Of a stretch of DNA of 64,000 nucleotides, positions 12,811 through 24,555 are shown in pieces (position 1 is the stretch's first letter; every line of letters begins with the position of its first letter). Under the pieces are notes generated by a model. It was not told the DNA's origin. It did not search any database and worked only from the letters and a program-made list of their open reading frames with translations. Origin of the DNA: Octopus vulgaris (Eukaryota); NCBI GenBank assembly GCA_951406725.2, contig OX597819.1, forward strand, positions 121,892,001 to 121,956,000, written 5' to 3'. A program made the position numbers and the translations under genes.

Positions 12811-12992
12811 CGCCATGATAGATCGTTAGCCACTACACACATTTTTTCTCTCCTTGTTTTTCTGTGTACATTTCTGTAGAAGACCGTAGGCTCGAAATGT
12901 AAGACTTTTCTATTCCTGAGCGCTATACTAATACATCTGTTTGTTTTGTACACCACCTGTCTTCATCTTTTGTTTATTTTCGTAAACATTCC

Positions 12993-13057
<65 letters not shown>

Positions 13058-13326
13058 TAGAGACCCATGCCTATATATACATATGTATATACACTCACTC
13101 ATATATAGATACATGCACACACATACACGCACATACACACATAAATAAAAACATGAATAAGAATGGAGAAAATCCATCTTTGATTGATGAATACACCATA
13201 CATTACCGTCGACCGGAGCTTATTTAGACATAGAAGAAAAAGTAATACTGTTCTATATTTAACAGATGAGGATTTATTTACATTATTTACATTTGACGGA
13301 TATTTGTCCTCAACTTGTTTGTTGTT

Positions 13327-13372
13327 AATACAACGTTTCGGCTGATATACCCTCCAGCCTTCATCAGGTGTC
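13327..13372 (-). ncRNA. Minimal type I hammerhead ribozyme motif in a Penelope-type repeat
   Basis: GACAC-CTGATGA-A-GGCTG(10 nt)CAGCC-GAAA-CG-TT-GTATT; sister copies near 20710 and 20790 have GTGTT, giving a full stem I. Confidence 0.7.
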
Positions 13373-13466
13373 TTGGGGAAATTTCGAACCTGGGTTCTCA
13401 TTCCTAAGGTATTTTTCGATGTTGTTGTTGTTGTTCTTCTTCTTCTTTTTCTTATTCTTCTTCCTA

Positions 13467-13552
<86 letters not shown>

Positions 13553-14945
13553 TTTTCAGTAGTTTTATTTTTATAGCGTGCTTTCACTTCACTACCGAGC
13601 GCAGCTCTGTGTGCCTTGGGTATGTGCTGTGATTTGTTGTGATGCTCTGATGGTTATTGTATGGAAAGTGTTCTGCGTAGGATGTGTGCAGTGCCTAGTA
13701 GTGCAATTTTCTGTATGTTATATGTGTTTGTAAGTCCTGCTGTTTTTGTTATGTATTTGTCTGAATATTTTTTTATCATGCCTAATGCACCTATTATGAT
13801 AGGAATTGTTTCTGTTTTCAGATTCCACATTCTAGTTACCTCTATCTCCAGGTCTTTGTATTTTGAAAGTTTCTCCATTTCTTTTAGAGACACGTTGTCA
13901 TCTGCCGGTATTGATACATCAATTAGAAAGCATTTTTTTCTTCATGATCTCTGACAACTATATCTGGTCTGTTGGCCTTAATTTCTCTATCTGTGTGTAT
14001 CGGCATATCCCAGAGTATGGTTGCTTTCTCGTTTTCTGTGACCTTTTCTGGTGTGTGCCTATACCATCTTTTTTCTGTTGTTATTCCATAATGTTGGCAT
14101 AGCTTCCAATGTATGTAGGTTCCAACTCTGTCATGTCTGTGAATATATTCCTTCTTAGCCAGGACTGGGCAGCTAGAGATAATATGATTTATTGTTTCTT
14201 GTCCACCTCCACATATTCTGCAGTTACTTGTAATATTTCTTTTCATTACATGTTTTTGGTAATTTCTGGTGGGGAGGCTTTGGTCTTGTGCTGCAATTAA
14301 AAATCCCTCTGTCTCTGCTTTGAGTCCTGAGCTTCTCAACCATTGCTGGGATTTTTCTTTGTCTATTTCTTTTGCGTTTAGTTTAGTGCAGTATTTACCA
14401 TGAAGGGGCTTTTCTTGCCATCGTTTTATCATGGTTCGTTGCTGTTCTATTTTTAGTTTGGATTTCATTTGTTTTATAGCTTTTGTTGTTTCTTCATCAT
14501 CTTCTTCTTCTTCTTCGTGTTTATTAGGTGGTATGATTTCTTGTTTGTATTTGTCAGCTTCCTTAAATACTGAGAATTGTTTTTTGTTTTGCTCGTGTTT
14601 TGCTGCTATCTGGATCAGTTTTCCTTCCTTCTGAAGTAGGTATTTTTGCAGTCCTATGGTGGTTATTTTATAGTAGTTTTCCAGCTGTATAAGGCCTCTA
14701 CCACCTTCTATACGTTGTATATATAATCTTTCTATGTCAGATTTTGGGTGATGCATCCTAGATCCTGTCAGTATTTTTCTTGTTTTCCTGTCTATTTTGG
14801 ACAGTTCATTTCGTGTCCAGTTAAGGATATTGTAGCTGTAACTTATAACTGGGACAGCTAAAGTGTTGATACCTATTATCTTGTTTTTAGCATTGAGCTC
14901 TGTTTTTAGTATTGATCTAACTCGTCTATAATATTCTTTTTTTAA
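13553..14945 (-). mobile_element. R4/Dong-like non-LTR retrotransposon, 5'-truncated, restriction-like endonuclease region
   Basis: CRICGGGQETINHIISSC (CCHC), RHD, RPDIVV, KLSKY motifs; one frameshift near 13925; (TAA)n on both flanks. Confidence 0.88.
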
Positions 14946-14950
14946 TATTC

Positions 14951-14992
<42 letters not shown>

Positions 14993-15208
14993 ATATTTGA
15001 CTTTTGCCTTACATTTGCTCAAGCTGGCTCCAAGTCTCACCCAGAGACCTCAAGAGACAACAAGTTGGAAGTTCATGCTAGTGTTATGCGTAGGGTGCCA
15101 TATATTTGGTTTTGTACTTAGTGTTGTACTAGTGAATGCCTAAAAAAACCATACGAAAATTATGTTTGTTTTAAAACTTGAGATTACATAGAAAGTATTT
15201 TGCGTAGG

Positions 15209-15245
<37 letters not shown>

Positions 15246-15803
15246 GAGTGAGAGAGAGCAGTGCATGCCATCAAGTGACACTGGGGTAAAATATACAAAT
15301 CCCAGTATACCCATCATGACTATCCGTCTGGTAAGGGTACACCAGGCACATGCATCACAACCATATGTGCGCGATATGGTGATCTCATATCAAGATAAAC
15401 AGTACATGACCTTGCAGGTGGGGGTCCAGTTAGAATTTTCTTCTGGTCGAGTAACCCATACCACTCAAAACGTCCCTGAATAAGGGTTGTTTAAGGTTGT
15501 TGAACGAAACACCCATGTTTCCAGAGGTGAATTATTCAAACCCCAAAGAATCCCTCTCAACACATGGCTATGATGCTCCCCCACTACTTCTGCTCGTGAT
15601 CAGGGACGCACATATCGTCAGCCACTAAGGGACATGCTCAACTGGTTAAGGTCAAACAACTGACAAGCAAATCTGTGGTATTGAACATAATATTTGCTGT
15701 AGCCCATCTTTTATACCAAGACAAAACAATGTTCATGATAACACTTCCAATCAGTTAAGATCAGAAGCCATGAGAGCCACTGTCTGGTACTGCATCAGGG
15801 CAT
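15246..15803 (+). mobile_element. ~560-bp non-autonomous element embedded in (TAA)n; other copies 37943-38456 (-), 38525-38800 (+), 53833-54271 (-), 15975-16095
   Basis: Highly similar copies, each bounded by TAA/ATT repeats. Confidence 0.75.
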
Positions 15804-16639
15804 TTATTATTATTATATAATTAAATTTTCTTCTTTCAAATTTGCTTCCATTTCTTGCCGAGTGTCTTCCCGACTCCTAGGGCAAAGAAACTCATAGTAT
15901 ACATTGGTAGGCCATTAAACTAAACTCAATAGTTTGTTCATTCTTTTTTTAAAGTTATTATTATTATTATTATTGAGTGAAAGAGTAGCGCATGCCATCA
16001 AATTGACACTGGACTACAATTATACATAGCCTAATATACCCATCATTACTAACCGTCTGATGGCGGTATACCAAGCACATGCATCATAACTACTTGACCA
16101 TCCCGTGTGACTATTTTATTGTAGTTAAAAAGCCTGACATTGCTGTCCTGGAATGAACAAAGCTATTCTTGTGGATAACGTTTCATCGTGGGACCGAAGG
16201 GTGAATGAGAAGCAAAGTGTGAAATTGGGGAAATAGCAGGAGCTGTAATGGGAAATCAGGAAACTTTGTAGAATCAGACACTTCGAAGTGGTACCGGTTG
16301 TGGTACCCGAAGTGGTACTGATTGTGGTTGGCTCACTGGAAGCAGTTAGTAAAAGTTTGTAAGTATGGCTTGAGAAGGCAGGAATTATCTCAGAATGGTG
16401 TTGTTTGCAGAAAACAGCCTTGTTAGGAATAGCAAGGATTCAGAGGAGGGCGTTAGAAAGCTGAAGGAGAAGGGATGACTGGAAGGTCCTTTAAACCATT
16501 TGATATGACTCGCTCTTTCGGTATAGAGTCCGTATATAACATCTGCCAGAGCAAAAGTGTCAACGGAAACAAAACACTACCATCACCAGCAGCAACAACA
16601 ACCACAAAAACAGCAGCAACAACAACGATGATGATGATG

Positions 16640-17325
16640 ATGATGAGGCGGAGAAGAAGGAAAAGAAGAAGAGGAAGAGGAGGAGAAGAAGAAGAAAAGG
16701 AAGAAGAAGACAGAGAAGAAGAAGAAGAAGACGAGGAAGAGGAGTAGGAGGAGAAGAAGAAGAAGAAGAAGAAGAAGAAGACGAGGAAGTGGAGGAGGAG
16801 GTGGAGGAGGAGAAGAAGAAGAAGACAGAGAAGAAGAAGAAGAAGATGAAAAAGAAGAAGACGAGGAAGAGGAGGAGGAGAAGAAGATAGAGAAGAAGAA
16901 GAAGAAGAAGAAGAAGAAGAAGAAGAAGACGAGGAAGAGGAGGAGGAGGTGGAGAAGAAGAAGAAGAAGAAGAAGACGAAGACGAGGAAGAGGAGGAGGA
17001 GGAGGAGAAGAAGAAGACAGAGAAGAAGAAGAAGAAGGAGAAGAAGAAGAACGAGGAAGAGGAGGAGGAGGAGGAGAAGAAGAAGAAGAAGAAGACAGAG
17101 AAGAAGAAGAAGACGAGAAGGAGGAGGAGGAGGAGAAGAAGCAGAAGAAGACAGAGAAGAAGAAGAAGAAGAAGAAGAAGAAGAAGAAGAAGAAGAAGAA
17201 GAAGACGAGAAGGAGGAGGAGGAGGAGAAGAAGCAGAAGAAGAAGAAAAAAGAAGAAGAAGAAGAAGAAGAAGAAGAAGAAGAAGAAGAAGAAGAAGAAG
17301 AAGAAGAAGAAGAAGAAGAAGAGAC
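16640..17325 (+). repeat. (GAA/GGA)n polypurine tract in gene A intron 1
   Basis: Direct reading. Confidence 0.95.
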
Positions 17326-17351
17326 GGCGCAAAAATTATGAATGAACTTAC

Positions 17352-17631
17352 CGAATCGGCCTCCATAGAATTCACGGTCACAGTCATCATAATGGCTGTC
17401 CTTCCACACACAGATCTGGTGAGATTGTGAGAACACCGTTCGATAACCACATGACTGAAGGGTAAGAAGTCTGCTGTTACATGAGTAGAATTCACTGCAG
17501 TTGTTTGGTGATCTCACAAAATGTGATCCGGCCCTTATCTGTGTCTGTCTACACAGAGTCCTGATGTCTTGACTGTAAACCGCAGCGACCACTGCGACCA
17601 AGAGGATTACGGCTGCAACACGGAACCCCAT
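17352..17631 (-). CDS. Gene A exon 1: signal peptide + chitin-binding type-2 (CBM14/peritrophin-A) domain 1; CDS join(17631..17352,11807..11628,9636..9635), 153 aa secreted protein
   Basis: ATG at 17631; MGFRVAAVILLVAVVAAVYS signal-like peptide; six Cys with CBM14 spacing (TLC..NNC..YSC..QSC..VFSQSHQIC..DDC); GTAAGT donor at 17351, phase 1; clear paralogy to exons at 39792-40068 and 56538-56814. Confidence 0.92.
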
Positions 17632-17699
17632 TGTTGTGACTTTTGTCAGTTATAAAATCGAAGATGAATTGAGAGATTTTGTTAACAATGACGGACCGA

Positions 17700-17900
17700 C
17701 AACCTGTGTCAATGTGACTTTGACACTTCAAAGTATGTTTCTTATATACTTATACTCTAACAACAGGGTAAAGGTGAGGCTTAGGTATAGGGTCAGGGCA
17801 ATAACTCAAGCTTACATTTTAATTGATCAAGTATTTGGGTTCCTTTCTTTAAGCTAACGGACATCCACCCACGACCCTTGCTAAGCAACGTAGCTATTTT
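17700..17900 (-). promoter_or_regulatory. Gene A proximal promoter, TATA-like TATATAAG at 17748-17741
   Basis: TATATAAG ~110 nt upstream of ATG; upstream blocks (G-rich tract, AAGCTAACGG..CTCC/TCCACCC..CCTTGC on + strand) align with B and C promoters. Confidence 0.65.
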
Positions 17901-17994
17901 GTCTGTCTGTCTGTCGCCCGGTCTTCTGTTTCGTCACCAGCATCATGGTCATTGTCGTCGTTGTCGTCATCATCGCCGTCATCGTTGTCATCAT

Positions 17995-18108
17995 CTTCTT
18001 CCTTCTTTTTCATCATCGTCATCGTCTTCTTCTTCTTCTTCTTCTTCTTCTTCTTCTTCTTCCTCTTCCTCTTCTTCCTCTTCCTCTTCCTCTTCTTCTT
18101 CTTCTTCT

Positions 18109-18143
<35 letters not shown>

Positions 18144-18591
18144 TTCTTCTTCCACTTCTGCTTCCTCTTCTCCTTCATCTTCCTCTTCCTCTTCCTCTTC
18201 TCCTTCCTCTTCCTCTTCTCCTTCCTCTTCCTCTTCTCCTTCCTCTTCCTCTTCCTCTTCCTCTTCTTCTTCCTCTTCATCTTCCTCTTCTCCTTCATCT
18301 TCCTCTTCCTCTTCATCTTCCTCTTCTCCTTCATCTTCCTCTTCTCCTTCATCTTCCTCTTCTCCTTCATCTTCCTCTTCCTCTTCTCCTTCATCTTCCT
18401 CTTCCTCTTCTTCTTCATCTTCCTCTTCATCTTCCTCTTCTCCTTCATCTTCCTCTTCTTCTTCCTCTTCCTCTTCCTCTTCTTCTTCCTCTTCTTCTTC
18501 CTCTTCCTCTTCCTCTTCTTCTTCCTCTTCTTCTTCCTCTTCCACTTCCTCTTCCTCTTCCTCTTCTTCTTCCTCTTCTTCTTCCTCTTCC

Positions 18592-18622
<31 letters not shown>

Positions 18623-18650
18623 GTTCCTCTTTTCTTCTTTTTCTTCTTCT
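17995..18650 (+). repeat. (CTT/CCT)n polypyrimidine tract upstream of gene A
   Basis: Direct reading. Confidence 0.95.
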
Positions 18651-19279
18651 GAACACACGTTTTGCTTCTATTCAATATGTTATAAACAAACTATTCAAAA
18701 TACACACATACACACGTACAGACATACATACATTTATACATACATACATACCAGCACACACACACACATACATACATATATATATATACATACATATATA
18801 CGCGGGTTTATGTGTGTGCAATTTCCTGTCTTATGTTTTTTGCAAAAAATTAACACCTTACACACACATTCACACACACATGCATACACACATACACATG
18901 CATACACATACATACACACATACATACATACACATGTATGCGTTTGCATGTATACTGTGTGTGATTTTATTGATTCCGCAGACCCTGAAAATCTACTTTA
19001 CATATCAAAATTGGTATTTATTGCGAATACGCCCTAAAACATGCACGGAAGCAAATAGGTTAATTGTCATTCAGAGTGTCAGATGGTTACACTGTTAAGA
19101 AAATTTCCATAACTTGATGTGGTCAAACGTGTCTTATGATTTGGGCGCATGGTGGGTAAGGTACTTCAAAAATTAATGTCGGGGTAATAATTTGAAACAA
19201 AATGTATCGCATTTCAAGCATTGATTAAGAGTTTAAGCAAATTACATATCAAAAGTGTTTATTAATCAAAATGTATGAA

Positions 19280-19627
19280 CCTACACTCGCCTCCTTATGA
19301 GAGCTCAAAATCTCTCGTGGAGGCACCATCCAACCCAAATGCAAATATATGGGAAATTACCACCTGTGTCATCTCTTGTGAAGGGTAGGAGAATCCAGTT
19401 TGCTGGACATTGTTGTAGAGCTGAAAAAGAAGTAATTTCTACTCTTCTCCTCTGGAAGCCATCTACTCACAATACCAGAGGGCGCACACTCTCCTACCCT
19501 GATGTAATCTCCAGGGATACAGGCATCCAGCAACAGGACCTCCGTAATGCTATGATGGACCGTGAAGTCTGGCGTGACATAGTAAATTCCACTGTCTCGA
19601 CCACGGTCGAACAATGATGATGATGAT
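19280..19627 (+). mobile_element. RTE-clade LINE 3' end with (GAT)n tail
   Basis: RRIQFAGHCCR..LLLWKP..GR....YPD..MMDREVWR, typical RTE C-terminus. Confidence 0.8.
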
Positions 19628-20879
19628 GTATACGAGCAAAACGCCCCCCCCCCACCGTCCAATGGACGGTGCTGAGTTGTCAAACATTTAAACCAAACTT
19701 TCTCCAAAAAACTTGTCCGACCGTTCCATAGGCCTCCCCTTTGAGAAACACTGATTTAGCCTGAATTTGAGACACCGGCAAAAGAAGAAAGATAGACATT
19801 TTTTTCTATTCCAAAGAAAAACGATTTTATTCACACAAATATGCAACCGAAGTGTTTAAAGTACCAGTAATGATAAGGCTGTTGACTGGGAGAACACAAA
19901 TATGGTTTAAAAAGTAAGATTGGCAGGAAAGAAACGTGCCTTTAAGCAGTACAAAAACAACAAAAAAATGGAAGGTGCAGTTATGTACACGTTGACGGAA
20001 GAAAAGCAGGACAAAAACGGCTTTATCCATCGCATTCTAACTTGGAATCGATTTTTCTAATTTTTTCAATACTTATATACTCCCTGATACCGTCGGTATC
20101 TTCATATCAAATTTGAGCGCAATCGGATGGAGGATGCCCGAGATCTGAGAAGACAGACAGACAGACAGAACGGATTTTATAGAAGAGATAATTATACCAG
20201 AATCTCGAAGTCCACATTTATATCATTCAGCTGGTTCAGAAACAACAACTCACTTCACTTGTTTTGAACCTCATCTACATTGGTGGATATCCGTCAGTGC
20301 AGGAAATAAACTATGGCTCGGAAAAAGTGGTAATCTAACGGTACAAGGTCTAGACCGTTGGCAGTGTGAGTCAACGCTTCCAGCTCATCAAGTCCTTCAA
20401 CTTTGCACTTGGTTACACGGTTTCACTGATAGAGAGCGCTGAGGCGTTGTTGAACATAATGCTCTCAGTCTGACCGCCAGAGACAAGCGTGAAGTGCAAC
20501 AATCATCAAAATTCTACCAAACACGCTACATGAACTCTTGAAACTGCCCTTTTTGGCAACAGGTTCTGAAGCCTGGCCGGAACAAAATCAATAATTTCTC
20601 TTATTAACATTATGAAAATACAGTTCTATATTTAAGAGATGAGGAATTATGAACATTATGTACGTTATTTATATTTGACGGATATGTGTCCTCATCTTGT
20701 TTGTTGTTAACACAACGTTGCGGCTGATATACCCACCAGCCTTCAAGACACCCGATGAAGGGTGGAGGGTATATCAGCTGAAACGTTGTGTTAACAACAA
20801 ACAAGATGAGGACAAATATCCGCCGAATGTAAATAATGTAAATAATGTAAATAATTATGAAAACATCTATTTTTTCATC

Positions 20880-21335
20880 TCAAATTACAATTCGAAGGCA
20901 TGAGTGGGCATCTCAAGGATCTTCCAGTATTTGTTTGCTAATATTTACATATCGTTGAGCTTGGCCATTGGTCAGTTCATGAGGAGTTTCTCGGCAGTGT
21001 CTGTTCAAAAAGACGAGCTCATTGATCTGTCGTTGATAGTATTTTGTGAAAGACCAAGCCGACATTGTACGAGTGTTTGTGTTTGGGCTTTTGTTGAAAC
21101 TTTTCAAGCAAAGCATCATCTTCCACAACTGGAGGTCTCGCTGACCTTGGTTTGTCTTCGAGACTGGTGTAACCTTCTTTGAAACGACCGAACCAGTTTC
21201 GCACCACACGTTCGCTGACAGTTTCTGGGCTTTCGACGTTACTAAATTAATTTTCCGTCGTCTTTATATTCAGGCCTTTTATTTACATCTTGCGTAAAAT
21301 GAATTTAACTGCAACTTTTTCACCACTCATCATTA
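20880..21335 (-). mobile_element. Mariner transposase N-terminal fragment
   Basis: VRNWFGRFKEGYTSLEDKPRSARP helix-turn-helix region. Confidence 0.75.
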
Positions 21336-21457
21336 AATCTGTAAAATAAAGAATAAACAGCTAATTTTTATGTTACATATATATAACCTTTGCATTTGAT
21401 TTTTTAATGTCTCTACCCTCATACTTTCGTGAGTTGAATTGAGCAAACACTATATGA

Positions 21458-21987
21458 GAGAGATTTTCTTTAAGTATTGGAGATAGTTTTAAAAAAGTTT
21501 TTTTTGGCTGCTATTTCTAATGAGTTCAGTATGCGGCAAAGTAATTTATTTTACTAAGCCCTTTTATATAATGTAATAATTTGAATTCGCCTTAAATGGT
21601 CCCTTTGTATACTGAATACTTGGTGAAATTGATTAATTAATTAATTTTACCCTCAATTGTTGAAATTATAATTCATCTCGCTCTATATAATGCCTCGGAT
21701 TTTACCGAAAAAAAGCATGATGTTTGCTGTTTTTAACCCACGCTGGTGGAAAGGGGAGAGCAGAAATTCTTCGTTTGCATATTTGAATTTGCTAACACTG
21801 TTAGTTTTGAACAGATCTTGAGAGATTTTCTTTAAGTATTGGAGATAGTTTTTAAAAAAGTTTTTTTTGGCTGCTATTTCTAATGAGTTCAGTATGCGGC
21901 AAAGTAATTTATTTTACTAAGCCCTTTTATATAATGTAATAATTTGAATTCGCCTTAAATGGTCCCTTTGTATACTGAATACTTGGT
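21458..21987. repeat. ~167-bp direct repeat, period ~362 bp
   Basis: 21458-21624 is near-identical to 21820-21987. Confidence 0.9.
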
Positions 21988-21992
21988 AAATA

Positions 21993-22041
<49 letters not shown>

Positions 22042-22111
22042 TATATATATATATACCACTGGTATTTGAGTACTCTTTTTCCACCTTGTTTCACATTTAT
22101 GTGTTTATCCG

Positions 22112-22178
<67 letters not shown>

Positions 22179-22180
22179 TG

Positions 22181-22503
22181 TGGAGGCGCAATAGCCCAGT
22201 GGTTAGGGCAGCAGACTCGCGGTCGTAGGATCGCAGTTTTGATTCCCACACCGGACGTTGTGAGTGTTTATTGAGCGAAAGCTCCAAAAGGCTCCGGCAG
22301 TGGTTGGGGGAGATCCCTGCTGTACCCTTTCGCCGCAACTTTCTCTCACTCTATCTTCTCTTGGCCTGCTCGCTTAGCCAGCGGAGTGGCGTCATTTGAA
22401 GGCTAAAACAATGCGTAGCGCATTGTGACCAGTGATGTGTAGCAATATCCGATAGCCTGATCGGTCACGTGATCACGATAGCCTGATCGGTCACGTGATC
22501 ACG
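22181..22503 (+). mobile_element. tRNA-derived SINE family 2; related copies ~11160-11440 (-), 24170-24532 (-), 41167-41450 (+), 39419-39660, 27910-28190, 51925-52225
   Basis: Head GGCGCAATAGCCCAGTGGTTAGGGCAG..GATTCCC with A/B-box-like motifs. Confidence 0.8.
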
Positions 22504-22713
22504 TTATATATATATATATATAATTATCGGTAAATGACGAAACCGGTCTACGATTAATTCTTTATTTTTGTATATTTTCATCTGTCTTACTCGCTTTTGT
22601 TCTTGTGTTTGCTGAATTTCTCTAGAGAATATTCTTTTCTTTTGTAGTTAGATAGTAGGTGATCTTCTTCTAGCATATTGGCTGTCCACTTTGTGGTTAT
22701 CCCTAATATACGC

Positions 22714-22758
<45 letters not shown>

Positions 22759-23398
22759 TGTGTGTGTGTGTTATATGAAAATAAAGAATAGACAGTTTAG
22801 CAACGATTATACAAGCTTTATTAAATTAATGATATAATATGGAGATACAAAATCATGAGTGAAAATCCGAAAAAGCTATTGACCCAACCTGATACATTAA
22901 TAGAAATTCGATACTTCGAGAGATATGAAGCAAATTATTTTTAACATTGTAACTCGAAGCAGAGAAAGCTGTAAATATTTTAGAAGATTTTTGAATATAG
23001 GTTGTAAAAGAATCTTGGATGGAATATGTCCAAGACTGCTATGGATCTCGTTCCCGCATCTTCTATAAAAATGGCAAACGTTCCGTCCATCATACCAAGG
23101 CAACACTTTGAATGTTCTGAATCCATTTTGAATCAGTTCTTACAAGCGAGTATCGTAAGTTTGTGCGGTATTATTACTCTTTTAAATCTTTTACTTGTTT
23201 CAGTCATTTGACTGCGGTATGCTGGAGCACCACCTTTAGTCGGACCCCAGGACTTAGTTTTTTGGATGCTTAGTACTTATTCTGTCGGTCTCTTTTGCCG
23301 AACTGCTAAATTACGGGGACGTAAACACACCACCATCGGTTGTCAAGCGATGTTGGGGACAAACACAGACACACAAACATATACACACATACATACAT

Positions 23399-23464
<66 letters not shown>

Positions 23465-23732
23465 GAATGGTATTATTAAAATACCATCACAAGTGGTAAG
23501 CGAATTATCAGCCGTACAGGCAAATTAATAAAATATATACATAAAATATGAGATATTTACATATATACACAAGGGTATTATATGAGTACCTATATCACTA
23601 ATGATAGAAGTCAAAAAATACTTCTGTACCACCGAATAGTCACAAATCTATTACAGACAAGATAGGAAAAAAATATCAGTGAACAATAATAATGTCTTAC
23701 CTCAAATGGTTCAGAACAAGAAAATGCTAGTC

Positions 23733-23795
23733 AACTCGGTACCGGTTTCGAAATTTAGCGCCAAATAGGTGCCTGATTTCTCATCAGCCGAAGTC
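23733..23795 (-). ncRNA. Minimal type I hammerhead ribozyme motif, canonical core
   Basis: TTCGG-CTGATGA-GAAAT...ATTTC-GAAA-CCGG-TA-CCGAG; GUA site. Confidence 0.78.
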
Positions 23796-24555
23796 CGCCA
23801 GCTAAATAACTACTAACATTCCCCACCCCATTATGCCTGCGAAAGTTCGTTTGAAGTGATCAAAGTTCGTTTGAAGTGTCAGTATTTATAACTTGCGGAA
23901 ACCCTTATAACACAAATAGCCTTATTGTCAATAAAAAAAAAACATGTTAAAAATCTTTTAAATACTTAGTTTTTTGATGTAGTTAACCATAAAAATTACC
24001 CGTCATGATGTTGTGGGTAAGCATGTCTGTGGAGTACTCAGCCACTTGCGCGTAAATTTCACGAACAGGCTCTTTTGTTAATGGGATCAATCGGAACCCT
24101 CGTCATCGTAACCGACGAAGTGCCAGTGGTAAACCATTCAACAAAATAGCCAAACGCTTGTTTGATTCGTGGATCTCCGTCGGCTACGACGACGAGGCTT
24201 CCAGCTGATCCGATCAACGGAACAGCCTGCTCGTGAAATTAATGTGCAAGTGGTTGAGCACTCTACAGACACGTGTACCCTTAAAATCTCAGGGGAGATT
24301 CAGCGTGACACAGTGTGTGACAAGGCTGGCCCTTTGAAATACAGGAAGAAAGAGTGAGAGGAAGTTGTGGTTTAAGAGCACAGCAAGGTTCGCCAACCCC
24401 ACTGCCGGAGCAGCGTGGATCTTTAGGTGTTCCCGCTCAATAAACGCTCACAACACCCGGTCTGGGAATCGAAACCGCGATCCTACGACCGCGAGTCAGT
24501 TGCCCTAACCACTAGGCCATTGCGCCTCCACACGATGATAAGTATTCGTATGAAG

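Noticed and set aside
16453-17351. 392-aa ORF extension with poly-Ser/Leu/Phe after the CBM14 domain
   Set aside because: Read-through into a (CTT)n intron past a GTAAGT donor conserved in all three paralogs
17878-19098. Long poly-Ser, poly-Glu, poly-Lys and Leu-Pro ORFs
   Set aside because: Stop-free trinucleotide repeat open in most frames; no coding evidence
22181-22255. tRNA-like heads of SINEs as tRNA genes
   Set aside because: They continue into SINE bodies and lack a proper cloverleaf
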